A program made the position numbers and the translations under genes. 64,000 nt of DNA, taken from Capsulimonadales bacterium (GTDB lineage: Bacteria; Armatimonadota; Armatimonadia; Armatimonadales; Armatimonadaceae). Position 1 is the stretch's first letter. Each line of letters begins with the position of its first letter. The stretch spans positions 1-64,000 of the forward strand of contig JANRLW010000043.1 in the NCBI GenBank assembly GCA_033762295.1. Reading direction: 5' to 3'. Of this stretch, positions 1 to 10,304 are shown one piece after another. The notes under the pieces were generated by a model. It was given only the letters and a program-made list of their open reading frames with translations. It made no database searches and had not been told where the DNA came from.

Positions 1-157
1 GGAGAAGCGCCGAGCCGACGCTACCACGCATGTCGCACCGACCGTCGCACCGATCAACCCGACGTTTATCCATCTTCTGCTGGGCGCGATCGGGATCATA
101 TTTATCACGCCCTTCATGGGACTGCTCGAATGGGCGATCTACAAGAAACAGTGGTAG
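1..157 (+). CDS. 3' end of a gene entering the window; C-terminal hydrophobic helix
   Basis: Manual translation from nt 2: EKRRADATTH...FIHLLLGAIGIIFITPFMGLLEWAIYKKQW, stop TAG at 155-157, followed by a terminator-like hairpin. Confidence 0.55.
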   Translation, partial: EKRRADATTHVAPTVAPINPTFIHLLLGAIGIIFITPFMGLLEWAIYKKQW

Positions 158-171
158 AGAGGAAGGAGAAC

Positions 172-207
172 GAAATGCCGGGGGACGATGATTCCCCCGG
201 CGTTTTT
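172..207. terminator. probable bidirectional intrinsic terminator
   Basis: Stem GCCGGGGGA/TCCCCCGGC flanked by GAAAT and GTTTTT, between convergent genes. Confidence 0.7.
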
Positions 208-210
208 GCG

Positions 211-1602
<1,392 letters not shown>

Positions 1603-1656
1603 GCCCGCATACTCCTCACGAATGCCTGTTGTCTTTCAGGAGAGGATACCACACTG

Positions 1657-2115
1657 TCAGCGGGTGCGGGGGAAGAAGACCGGGCTGAGGACCTTGTTGA
1701 CGGCGGCAATCCCGAGGACGTACGGAAAGCCGTAGAGATGGCCGCATCCGACGATCAGCATTGCGCCGAGGCCCAGGCTTTGAAAAAACTGCGCCGGGTC
1801 GGCCAGCGATCCCGGGTTTTGTACCAGTTGAAGAACAAGAAAAAAAGCGGTCAGGGCCAGCAAAGCGGCCAGGAACCCGACATAAAGCGCGGCGAAGCGG
1901 GGCAGTCCGGGGCTCAGACGGCGCAGGATCGGGTACAGACCGCTGAAGACGATGCCCGAGATGACGGCCATTGGCAGGACGAACAGGGTGAATCCTTCAT
2001 GGGAAATGGCACGGACGTACCGAACGATCGCGTCGGTGCCGTACACCGTGATGCCGACATTCATCAGAACGAAACCCGTATAACGCCACTTACAGGCCTT
2101 TTCCATTGCACTCAT
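1657..2115 (-). CDS. hypothetical membrane protein (about 4 TM)
   Basis: 152-aa ORF with several hydrophobic stretches, co-oriented with asnS. Confidence 0.65.
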   Translation of the reverse strand: MSAMEKACKWRYTGFVLMNVGITVYGTDAIVRYVRAISHEGFTLFVLPMAVISGIVFSGLYPILRRLSPGLPRFAALYVGFLAALLALTAFFLVLQLVQNPGSLADPAQFFQSLGLGAMLIVGCGHLYGFPYVLGIAAVNKVLSPVFFPRTR

Positions 2116-2198
2116 TTCTCCGACTCGCCCGGTTCATTTTACCACAGGCAATTTGCTGACGTGTGTAACCTCGATGCCTGAAAACTGTCGAACGAATT

Positions 2199-2444
2199 AT
2201 GAACCTGTATGTCTATGCCGCGCTCGGACTGGTGGCGGTGGGGGTCGTTGTCTACTGGTGGAGTCGTCCGGTGGACTGGTCGGACGGCGAGGGAACGGGT
2301 GAGCCGAATCATCCGATGAACGATACCGATGCCGGATCGTTCCGCTGGTGGTTCGTCAACGGCACTGATGAAGGGCGAACCCTTGGCTCCGGTCTGAATC
2401 TGCGCGACTGGTGGGAAAACGAACGGCGTCGTTGGCGGCGATAA
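2199..2444 (+). CDS. small single-pass membrane protein, Trp-rich
   Basis: N-terminal hydrophobic helix (LYVYAALGLVAVGVVVYWW); fills the intergenic space. Confidence 0.5.
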   Translation: MNLYVYAALGLVAVGVVVYWWSRPVDWSDGEGTGEPNHPMNDTDAGSFRWWFVNGTDEGRTLGSGLNLRDWWENERRRWRR

Positions 2445-2515
2445 CGGCGGGGAGGGGGCGTCCTCGCAAACCGTGACTCCGAGTACTTTCCTCGATGCGT
2501 GGGGTACAACAACGT

Positions 2516-3328
2516 ATGGACAACGCCACTCTGAACGCGGTTGCGCTGGAGGCGATCCGGCGACAACTGGAAGGGCAGGGGCTGTCGCCGCGTCCGGTGG
2601 AGAAAACACTGCTTCTCGGAGTCGACGGCCTGCTCTGCCGTTGCGAAGTCCTGGCCGTACCGCCGGACCTGCCCTCGGCCATCGTTCCGGTCGGCGTTGA
2701 AGTGATTCTGGGCGAATCCGGCCGGGTCATTCGCGAGGTGATGGTCGGATTCTCAGAGGATCGACAGGACGCGGTCGTTCAGGCGATGCATAACTGGGCT
2801 GAGGGCGTTTTCCCGCCGATCCGTCATGCCTGTGCTTCCTCGCCGGAGAAGGATTCCCGGGTCGAAGTCTGCCGCCTTTCCGCCCGAAACGTCGTGACCG
2901 GGGAGACGGTGGACTGGAAAGTGATTCTCGGGTTGACCCAGGTCGGCGGCTGGAACAAGGAGGTGACGGCGGGGGTGATCCCGACGGAAACGCTCCTGCG
3001 CTCGCTCGCCAACCCGTTGACATCCGTTGCGAGCGACCCGCGTCTTCACTGGGTGAAGGTCTATCTTGCCCGCCAGCCGGACGGCGAGAAGGTGCTCGAA
3101 TGCAAGCGCGACAATAAGGACTGGGCGGAGGGACGTTCCGCGTTGAGGCGACTGCCGTTGCCACGCGACAGCCATTTCGTGCATCTGCGCCGTTTTCTTG
3201 TCCTGCACCCGGCCCACGCCGCGATCCGGGAAGGCGAATGTGGCACGGAAACGCCTCCCGGCGAAGGAAAACACGTCCGCCGACCGGGGAGCGGTTTCCG
3301 GTGGCTGTTTCGTAAACGTCGCGCCTGA
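2516..3328 (+). CDS. hypothetical protein, DUF6348-like
   Basis: LHWVKVYLA...DNKDWAEG...LRRFLVL pattern recalls DUF6348; ATG at 2516 preferred over the longer ORF start. Confidence 0.55.
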   Translation: MDNATLNAVALEAIRRQLEGQGLSPRPVEKTLLLGVDGLLCRCEVLAVPPDLPSAIVPVGVEVILGESGRVIREVMVGFSEDRQDAVVQAMHNWAEGVFPPIRHACASSPEKDSRVEVCRLSARNVVTGETVDWKVILGLTQVGGWNKEVTAGVIPTETLLRSLANPLTSVASDPRLHWVKVYLARQPDGEKVLECKRDNKDWAEGRSALRRLPLPRDSHFVHLRRFLVLHPAHAAIREGECGTETPPGEGKHVRRPGSGFRWLFRKRRA

Positions 3329-3376
3329 CCGAGGCCGCGCCGCCCGAATATCTCGACGTCCGCCGGAAGTACGGGT

Positions 3377-3382
3377 TATACT
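3377..3382 (+). promoter_or_regulatory. -10 box 5 nt upstream of the PAD start codon
   Basis: TATACT-gcacc-ATG, no SD. Confidence 0.55.
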
Positions 3383-3387
3383 GCACC

Positions 3388-4818
3388 ATGCCGACCGCCG
3401 CATCGCTGATTCTCCCGCTGATCGGATCGCCGGAAACCTACCGGCCCGACCGCCCGCATCTCAAAACGGAGGGGGCCGTATCGGTTCACCCGGAGGGACC
3501 CGATGGCTGGAAGGCCCGTCTCCATCTGTACGTTCGCCGGGAGTCGACCTGGGTCCGCCGGGAAAATCTCGGGGCGATCGAACGGGGCGGGGACCTTGCC
3601 CTGGCGGCGACCCCCGCCCGACCCGGCGACCGGGCGGCCCAGACATTGACCGGGACGCTCCGCCTCCGTTCGCAAGCCGGAGAGACGCTTTATGAGGCCC
3701 GTATCGCGCCGGTGTTGCTCGCGTCCTCCCTCGACCCCGTTCGGGAGGTCTGGGTCGTTCGCAATGCCCTGACCGAACGTTTCGCTCGCGAGATTGCTCG
3801 CCTCGCGCCACGATGCAAAGGCCGACCGCGTGTCCGTTTCGTGCGAAACGACGTCCGTCCGGAGGACGTCTGGATGCAGGATACGGTCGAGTTCGGCACG
3901 GTGGCGACACCGGAAGCGGACGGCAAAGCGCGACAGCGAACGGCGGCGCTACTCGGCCTGAGGGCAAAGCATGACATGGGACTGACCTGCGGCCCGCTGG
4001 ACTCACTGGTTCGGAAGGTGCTGGAACGGGACCGGGCCGACATCGTCCCGCTCGCGATCGGCGAACCGCGCGCCGGGGCGCGCTGGATCGACTGGTACGG
4101 TAATCTGGAAGTCACACCGCCGGTGCGAAACCATCCGTTCGGGCGTATCCTGACCGGACAGCAGCGCGGTCTGACCCTCCATCCCGATCTGCTGGCATTT
4201 CTGGAGGCGCAAAAGTATCAGTGGCCGCCGTTGTATCTGGACGTCGGCTGGTTGACGATCGGGCACGTCGATGAATTGATTCAGTTCGTTCCCGCGCCCG
4301 GACCCCCCGGCTTCCGCGTGCTGATGCCGTCGCCTCGACTGGCGGTCGAACTTCTGGAAGGATTGGTTCGTCAGGGACACGGAAACAGGAAGGTATTTTC
4401 CGGCAGGAAAGGCGAAACAACGGTTACGCAATTGCTGGACGAAGCAGGCCGGACCACGGAGACCGACGCGATCGAAAAGGCGTTGGCCGAAACGCGTCGT
4501 CAACTGAGGACGGAACTCGGGATCGATGAGCGGCAGATTGTTTCGCTGCCGGTTCTGTTTCGGAACGGGTTAGCGGTCATTCCGAACGGGGTGAACGGTC
4601 TGGTCCTGGGTTCGGACTACCTGGTTCCGGCTCCGAACGGGCCGGTGATCGAGGGGGTGGACGTTCTGGAAAGAGCGATTCGCGACCGTTTACAGCCTCT
4701 CGGGCTGCGCTTACGCTTCTTGGATATTTACGAACCGTACCATGTGCGCGCCGGAGAGATTCATTGCGGAACGAACACGGTACGTATTCGCAAAAAGGTC
4801 GATTGGTGGACGGGTTGA
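3388..4818 (+). CDS. protein-arginine deiminase (PAD family)
   Basis: WMQD, GNLEVTPP, WLTIGHVDE and GEIHCGTN match the catalytic Asp/His/Asp/Cys motifs of animal PADI enzymes. Confidence 0.88.
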   Translation: MPTAASLILPLIGSPETYRPDRPHLKTEGAVSVHPEGPDGWKARLHLYVRRESTWVRRENLGAIERGGDLALAATPARPGDRAAQTLTGTLRLRSQAGETLYEARIAPVLLASSLDPVREVWVVRNALTERFAREIARLAPRCKGRPRVRFVRNDVRPEDVWMQDTVEFGTVATPEADGKARQRTAALLGLRAKHDMGLTCGPLDSLVRKVLERDRADIVPLAIGEPRAGARWIDWYGNLEVTPPVRNHPFGRILTGQQRGLTLHPDLLAFLEAQKYQWPPLYLDVGWLTIGHVDELIQFVPAPGPPGFRVLMPSPRLAVELLEGLVRQGHGNRKVFSGRKGETTVTQLLDEAGRTTETDAIEKALAETRRQLRTELGIDERQIVSLPVLFRNGLAVIPNGVNGLVLGSDYLVPAPNGPVIEGVDVLERAIRDRLQPLGLRLRFLDIYEPYHVRAGEIHCGTNTVRIRKKVDWWTG

Positions 4819-4853
4819 AGAGACGCGCGGTTCGGTCGGCTGGGAGGAAATGA

Positions 4854-5123
4854 ATGGACGGTCAGTATCATGATTTCGCCATGTTGATTCAGGTAACGCC
4901 GGTGAGTCGGATGAGGGAATGGGAATTGTTGCTTCATTCCGCGGAGCCGGAAGAGAATATGAGCGTCAATATTCGGAAGCCCAATCTGGTGTTCTTCGCC
5001 ATGCGGGACGATTTCGAGTTCATTGCCATCGACCGCGCCTCCGCCTGGCTGGAACGGATCGCGTCCCGCGCCCATCCTCCGATCTCTCTGGCGTTCAACG
5101 CACAGCCTTCCGAAGAGGTTTAG
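4854..5123 (+). CDS. hypothetical protein
   Basis: 89-aa ORF with SD GGAGG upstream, ending in an inverted repeat. Confidence 0.55.
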   Translation: MDGQYHDFAMLIQVTPVSRMREWELLLHSAEPEENMSVNIRKPNLVFFAMRDDFEFIAIDRASAWLERIASRAHPPISLAFNAQPSEEV

Positions 5124-5137
5124 GCGAAACCTCTTCG
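5111..5137. terminator. perfect 11-bp inverted repeat between convergent genes
   Basis: CGAAGAGGTTT-aggcg-AAACCTCTTCG. Confidence 0.55.
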
Positions 5138-5146
5138 TGAATCGAA

Positions 5147-5839
5147 TCAGATTTTGACGGTCGCCTTGCCTTCGGTGAAGGTAAAGGTGATCGTCGAACC
5201 GTTCGGAAGGGTGAAATCGTCCGTATCGAAGCTCAGGCGCAGACCGACCTGATTCGGGGAGCCGCCTCCGGTGACGATGTTGCGGAACTGGGTCAACCGG
5301 TCGCCACTTATCACGAGGTCGCCGAACGCCGGGGCGTTGATGGCGGTGTAGGTGTTGTCGCTGCCCGTTCGGGAGAAGGTGACGGTCGAGCCGACGGTCA
5401 AGGTCGCCGCAAACGTCCGTTCCTCGAGATCGCCGCCGGTATTGGTCTGCCGGTCACTGAGGACCATCGCCAGCGCGATGTTTCGCAACTGGAAGCTGGT
5501 TGGCAGAGTCTCTCCGGTCGGTACGGTCACCGTGACCGACCGGGTCAGTTTCTGGCTGTGTTTGATTTCGGCGAGGCTGCCGGCCTGGTTGATCGTGGTA
5601 TTGGCGAACGAAAACTCCTTCGTTCCGTTGCCGGAGATGGTCGCTCGACTGCCGTTCACGGTGCCGGTAACCGACTGTCCGTCCAGTTGCAGCGCGTTCG
5701 AAACGGTCGGCAGGTTGTTATTGATCAGGCTTTTTGCCGCGCCGCATCCCACCAGGGTAAGCGGGAGTCCGACGACGATCAGAGCCATGACCGGACGGGG
5801 GAAGCGGCGAGCGACGGACCGAAAGCGGGGCATATCCAT
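5147..5839 (-). CDS. hypothetical lipoprotein, beta-rich
   Basis: Basic N-terminus, hydrophobic stretch, lipobox LVGC; Thr/Ser/Gly-rich body. Confidence 0.75.
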   Translation of the reverse strand: MDMPRFRSVARRFPRPVMALIVVGLPLTLVGCGAAKSLINNNLPTVSNALQLDGQSVTGTVNGSRATISGNGTKEFSFANTTINQAGSLAEIKHSQKLTRSVTVTVPTGETLPTSFQLRNIALAMVLSDRQTNTGGDLEERTFAATLTVGSTVTFSRTGSDNTYTAINAPAFGDLVISGDRLTQFRNIVTGGGSPNQVGLRLSFDTDDFTLPNGSTITFTFTEGKATVKI

Positions 5840-5985
5840 TCCTCGGAGCGATGATTCCGGCGGGGACGCCGACTTTCCCTACTCTCTCACGTGCGGCCTT
5901 CTTTGTCAAGGAGGCGAAAAGTGTTCGGAACCGCAGCCCGGAACGGGGGAACTGCGAAACCGATGTGTTATACTGACGCAACGCG

Positions 5986-6975
5986 ATGGCGGCGAATGAG
6001 CAGGATATGGCGATCTCCGTATTTCCCATTTCGGACGCGGCGGCGCGAGGCCCCCTTCCGGACGTAATTCCACTGCCGGAGGAGTTCCCGCCAGCGGTGG
6101 CGATGAACCGGACGACGCTACGGGTCGTGCAGATGACCGATTATGAGTATGACGTCCCGGCACGAAACATCACGACCTACCTGAAACTGATTCCGCCGAC
6201 GCACCGGGGCTGGCAGACCCGACTGGATTTCGGGCTGCGGACCGCCCCGCTCCCACATGCCAGTCTCACGCTCACCGACGAACTGGGCAACCAGTACGAG
6301 GAAGTGCGTCACGAACGCGTCCGCACCCACCTGACCTTCGCCGTCGAGGCGACCGTTCGGACGCACTGCGCCTACACGGTCGAGGGGATCTCTCTGCCGA
6401 TTCCGGTAACCGTCCGCCCCGGCGAAGCGTCGGCGGTCTATCGAGGGGTCACCGAACGAACCACCCCGAACAAAGAGATGACCGACTTGGCGGAAACGAT
6501 CTGTCTTGAGATCCGTGAGCGGAGGTCGACCCTGCGGTTGTTCGCCGCTCTTTGCGACCGGGTGCATCGGGAAATGCATTTCGACTCCGGGGCGACGGGG
6601 GTTCGGACCGTCGCATCGGAAGCGTGGCAGCAACGGCGCGGAGTCTGCCAGGACTATTCGCATATCACCCTGGCGCTGTGCCGATTGTGCGGGATGACGG
6701 CGCGGTATGTGTCCGGGTTCGTTCCCGGAGAGGGGGTCATGCACGCCTGGACCGAGGCGCTGGTTCCGATTCGGGTGGGAAATCGAAACCGGGAATTCTG
6801 GTTCGCCTACGATCCCACCTACAATAAATGGGTGGACGATAATTACGTGACCGTGGCGGTCGGGCGCGATTTCGGCGATATCACGCCGACCTCGGGCACC
6901 TATTTCGGGGGAGCCAGCACCGTCCGATACCGCAATAAAGTGACGGTCACCGGGAAAAAGATCCATCTGTTGTAA
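5986..6975 (+). CDS. transglutaminase-like protein with intact triad
   Basis: RGVCQDYSH, ARYVSG, MHAW, YDPT, VAVGRDFGD; start could be 6007. Confidence 0.9.
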   Translation: MAANEQDMAISVFPISDAAARGPLPDVIPLPEEFPPAVAMNRTTLRVVQMTDYEYDVPARNITTYLKLIPPTHRGWQTRLDFGLRTAPLPHASLTLTDELGNQYEEVRHERVRTHLTFAVEATVRTHCAYTVEGISLPIPVTVRPGEASAVYRGVTERTTPNKEMTDLAETICLEIRERRSTLRLFAALCDRVHREMHFDSGATGVRTVASEAWQQRRGVCQDYSHITLALCRLCGMTARYVSGFVPGEGVMHAWTEALVPIRVGNRNREFWFAYDPTYNKWVDDNYVTVAVGRDFGDITPTSGTYFGGASTVRYRNKVTVTGKKIHLL

Positions 6976-6988
6976 CTCAGGTACGACC

Positions 6989-7807
6989 ATGCTGCTCAGT
7001 CTTTCCGCCACCGCCGATTACGATCTTCCGCAGGAGACCTTCCTTCTGCTGATGGTCGAACCCAGTCTGAACGGGGACTGCCACCACGTGATGGAGGAGT
7101 CCTTACGCACGACACCGACGCGATATGCCACCCTGGTACGGGATGGTTTCGGCAATGTCGTACGCCGCTTCGTCGCGCCGTCCGGGTTCTTTACGTTCGA
7201 CTTTCAGGCTTTCGTGGAAGCGGAACCGAACCGGGCGTTGCCGCCGGAAGCGCGGGAGCACGCCCCCGAGGAGGTTTCGCAGGAAGCGCTGGCGTTTACG
7301 CTGCCGTCGCGTTGCTGTCCGTCCGATATGCTGCAGCGGTTCGGCTGGGGGGAGTTCGGGATGCTGCCGCCGGGCGGAACCCGTGTCCGTGCGATCGCGG
7401 ACTGGGTCCGCAACCATATCGAGATGCGACAGGTTCCCCGCGAGTCGAGGATTCGAACGATCCACGGTTCTTTCCCGTCCGCCGAGGAGGTGCTGTTACG
7501 CCGGGTCGGTGACCCGCGCGACCGCACCCACTTACTGATCGCCTTTTGCCGCGCCCTCGGAATACCGGCCCGATTCGTCAGCGGCTATTGCCTCGGGTTG
7601 GACGGACCGGATTTCCACGTCTGGGCGCAGACCTATCTAAGCGGAACCTGGCACAATATCGACCTGACCACTTCCCGTGTCCGACCCATCCTCGTGCCGA
7701 TCGCGTTCGGACGGGATGCCGTGGACGTTTCACCGTTGACCCTGTGGGGCGAGGGGCGATTACGGGAGCTTTCGGCGCAGGTACGCCGGGTGGAGTCGAT
7801 TACCTGA
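6989..7807 (+). CDS. transglutaminase-like protein lacking the catalytic Cys
   Basis: LPSRCCPSD, CRALGIPARFVSGY, DFHVW, GRDAVDV; GDPRD replaces GVCRD. Confidence 0.85.
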   Translation: MLLSLSATADYDLPQETFLLLMVEPSLNGDCHHVMEESLRTTPTRYATLVRDGFGNVVRRFVAPSGFFTFDFQAFVEAEPNRALPPEAREHAPEEVSQEALAFTLPSRCCPSDMLQRFGWGEFGMLPPGGTRVRAIADWVRNHIEMRQVPRESRIRTIHGSFPSAEEVLLRRVGDPRDRTHLLIAFCRALGIPARFVSGYCLGLDGPDFHVWAQTYLSGTWHNIDLTTSRVRPILVPIAFGRDAVDVSPLTLWGEGRLRELSAQVRRVESIT

Positions 7808-7811
7808 AGCC

Positions 7812-7841
7812 TTGACAGAACGCCTCTGCGCTTTATAAAAT
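7812..7841 (+). promoter_or_regulatory. sigma70-type promoter
   Basis: TTGACA-N18-TAAAAT upstream of 7904. Confidence 0.6.
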
Positions 7842-7903
7842 ACTTCCGGACGTAGCAGGTCCGTTGGCGGCGCGTTGCCGATCTCGTAAGGAAGGTTTCC
7901 GAT

Positions 7904-9457
7904 ATGCGATGCTCTAACTCGGCGGTACGACGGACCGTGTGGCGTTCGTCGCCGTTTCTCTTCGCAGTGGTTGCGCTGTTGAGCGTCTCGGCTCCGGCGC
8001 AGACGCCTCCCGCTCCGTGGAGCGGTCATGCGCGGGACCCGCAACATACGGGGATCTCGCCGGTCGCCGCCCAACCGCTCCGTCATATCCGCTGGACCGC
8101 GCGGGTGGACCTCCGCCCGCAGTACAGCGGGCCGTACCTGCTGACGCACTACGGATCTCCCGTGGTCACCGCCGGGAACACGGTGATTTTCCCGGTCAAA
8201 ACGGCCGCCGCCAACGGGTCGACCGGCGCGGGCCGCTTCCGGATCGAAGCGCGACGGGGAACCGATGGCACGGTGGTCTGGCGACAGGACACCAACTACC
8301 TGCTTCCGCCGCATAACTGGACGCCGACCTGCGGTCCGACCCTGACCCCGCAGAACCGGGTCTGTTTCCCCGGTCCGGGAGGGACGGTCCACTTCCGAAC
8401 CAACCCCGACAGCGCGACCGGCACCGTGGGCGCCTGGTCCTTCTTCGGAATGAATCAGTATTCGAAGGACCCCGCCACCTACAATGCGCGTGTCCGGATC
8501 AATACGCCCATCACCAGCGACCGTGCGGGGAACCTGTTCTTCGGTTACTTGGTGCTGGGAAATAACCCGTTAAACCTGAAAAGCGGGATCGCCCGCTTGA
8601 CGCCGACCGGGTCCGGAGCGTATCAATTTGCGTCCGCCCTGGCGAGCGATCCCGGCATGACGCAGGTGGCGAACAACTGCGCTCCGGCATTGAGCAACGA
8701 TCAAAGGATCGTCTATGTCGCCGTCCGCAACAACGGCGGGACCGGTTACCTCGTCGGACTGGATAGCCTGACCCTGGCACCCCGCTATCGGGTCGCCCTG
8801 ACCAACCCTCTGAACGGCGGTGGGACCATTATCCATAACGATGGCACGGCCTCGCCGACGGTCGGACCCGACGGCGATGTCTACTACGGAACCTGGAACG
8901 GGGGGGAAACGAACTTCCGTGGCTGGATGTTGCACTTCAGCGCGGACCTCCGGCAAAAGAAAACCCCGGGCGGTTTTGGCTGGGACGACACGGCGTCGAT
9001 CGTTCCCGCCGGCATGGTCCCCTCCTATACCGGCAAGTCGTCCTACCTTATCATGACCAAGTACAACAATTACGCCGGAGCCGGGAACGGGGACGGCGTC
9101 AACCAGCTGGCCGTGCTCGATCCCAACGATACCCAGACCCTGGCGATCAACGGCGCCACCGTGATGAAGGAGGTTCTGGTCATCAAGGGGCCGACGCCGG
9201 ACGGCGACCATCCCGGCTTCCCGAACGCCGTCCGCGAATGGTGCATCAATACGGCGGCGGTCGATCCGGCGAACCGAAGCATCATCGTCAATTGCGAGGA
9301 TGGGAAACTGTACCGCTGGGATCTGACCTCCAATACGTTTACCGAGGGGGTTCGTCTGACACCCGGAATCGGTCAGGCGTACACTCCCACCGTGATCGGT
9401 TCCGACGGAACCTCGTACGCCATCAACAACGCAACCCTGTACGCCGTCGGCAAATAA
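7904..9457 (+). CDS. secreted protein, probable PQQ-like beta-propeller
   Basis: Signal peptide, WSGHARDPQHTG, repeated SP/TP..G.DG.VY blades, C-terminal TLYAVG. Confidence 0.75.
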   Translation: MRCSNSAVRRTVWRSSPFLFAVVALLSVSAPAQTPPAPWSGHARDPQHTGISPVAAQPLRHIRWTARVDLRPQYSGPYLLTHYGSPVVTAGNTVIFPVKTAAANGSTGAGRFRIEARRGTDGTVVWRQDTNYLLPPHNWTPTCGPTLTPQNRVCFPGPGGTVHFRTNPDSATGTVGAWSFFGMNQYSKDPATYNARVRINTPITSDRAGNLFFGYLVLGNNPLNLKSGIARLTPTGSGAYQFASALASDPGMTQVANNCAPALSNDQRIVYVAVRNNGGTGYLVGLDSLTLAPRYRVALTNPLNGGGTIIHNDGTASPTVGPDGDVYYGTWNGGETNFRGWMLHFSADLRQKKTPGGFGWDDTASIVPAGMVPSYTGKSSYLIMTKYNNYAGAGNGDGVNQLAVLDPNDTQTLAINGATVMKEVLVIKGPTPDGDHPGFPNAVREWCINTAAVDPANRSIIVNCEDGKLYRWDLTSNTFTEGVRLTPGIGQAYTPTVIGSDGTSYAINNATLYAVGK

Positions 9458-9471
9458 TCAAAACCGGAATG

Positions 9472-9510
9472 CGGCGCGGGGGATCGAACCCCGTTCAGAT
9501 CTCCGCGCCG
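9472..9510. terminator. GC-rich inverted repeat between convergent genes
   Basis: CGGCGCGG..GATCGAAC-ccc-GTTC.GATC.CCGCGCCG, overlapping the stop of the ABC ATPase gene. Confidence 0.45.
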
Positions 9511-10304
9511 ATATTGGCGGTGGCCGGTGGGGCCGGTCGCGCCAACCCTTGCCAGTCGCCGTCGTGTTCGGCGCGAGCCAGCGCCTCGACCTCGGCGGAA
9601 AGCAGGGCGAGGAGGTGGGCGCGGAGCGACGCCAGAGCCGGGTCGGCCTGAGGATCGCGGGGACGGGGGGCGTCGACGGTGAGATCGGCGAGAACCCGGC
9701 CCGGTCGCGCGGACATCAGAATGATCCGGTCGGAGAGGTAAAGCGCCTCATCCAGTGCGTGCGTCACGAAGACGACCGTTTTCCGGGTTCGCTCCCAGAC
9801 GGTGAGGAGTTCGGCCTGGAGCAGTGTCCGCGTCTGCGCATCCAGAGCGGCGAACGGTTCGTCCATCAACAGGACCGCCGGATCGGACACCAGCGCACGC
9901 GCGATCGCCGCCCGCTGCCGCATCCCTCCGGAAAGCTGGTGCGGAAAGGCGTGGGCGAACCGGGTCAGGTGCACCATCCTCAATGCGGCATCGGCGCGGG
10001 AATAACGTTCCGCCTTTTTCACGCCCTGCATCTCCGGACCGAAGGCGACATTATCCCGAATGTTTCGCCAGGGAAACAACGCCGGTTCCTGAAAGACGAC
10101 GCCCGGTGTCGATCCGACCTCCACGCGGCCGGTGGTCGCCGGGTCGAGTCCGGCAATGATCGCCAGCAAGGTCGATTTTCCGCAGCCCGACGGCCCGACC
10201 AGCGAGACGAACTGCCCGTCGGGAATTGTCAGACTGATCTCGGACAGGGCGACGGTTTCGCCGAAGGCGCGGGTCACCCGATCGATCCGAATCGCCATGG
10301 TCAT
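9495..10304 (-). CDS. ABC transporter ATP-binding protein (SsuB/TauB-like)
   Basis: GPSGCGKST, LSGGMRQR, LLMDEPF, FVTH. Confidence 0.93.
   Translation of the reverse strand: MTMAIRIDRVTRAFGETVALSEISLTIPDGQFVSLVGPSGCGKSTLLAIIAGLDPATTGRVEVGSTPGVVFQEPALFPWRNIRDNVAFGPEMQGVKKAERYSRADAALRMVHLTRFAHAFPHQLSGGMRQRAAIARALVSDPAVLLMDEPFAALDAQTRTLLQAELLTVWERTRKTVVFVTHALDEALYLSDRIILMSARPGRVLADLTVDAPRPRDPQADPALASLRAHLLALLSAEVEALARAEHDGDWQGLARPAPPATANIGAEI

Noticed and set aside
9471..9494. Perfect tRNA T-arm look-alike on the minus strand (CGGGG-TTCGATC-CCCCG)
   Set aside because: No D or anticodon arm and no CCA; no integrase nearby; better explained as part of the 9472-9510 inverted repeat.
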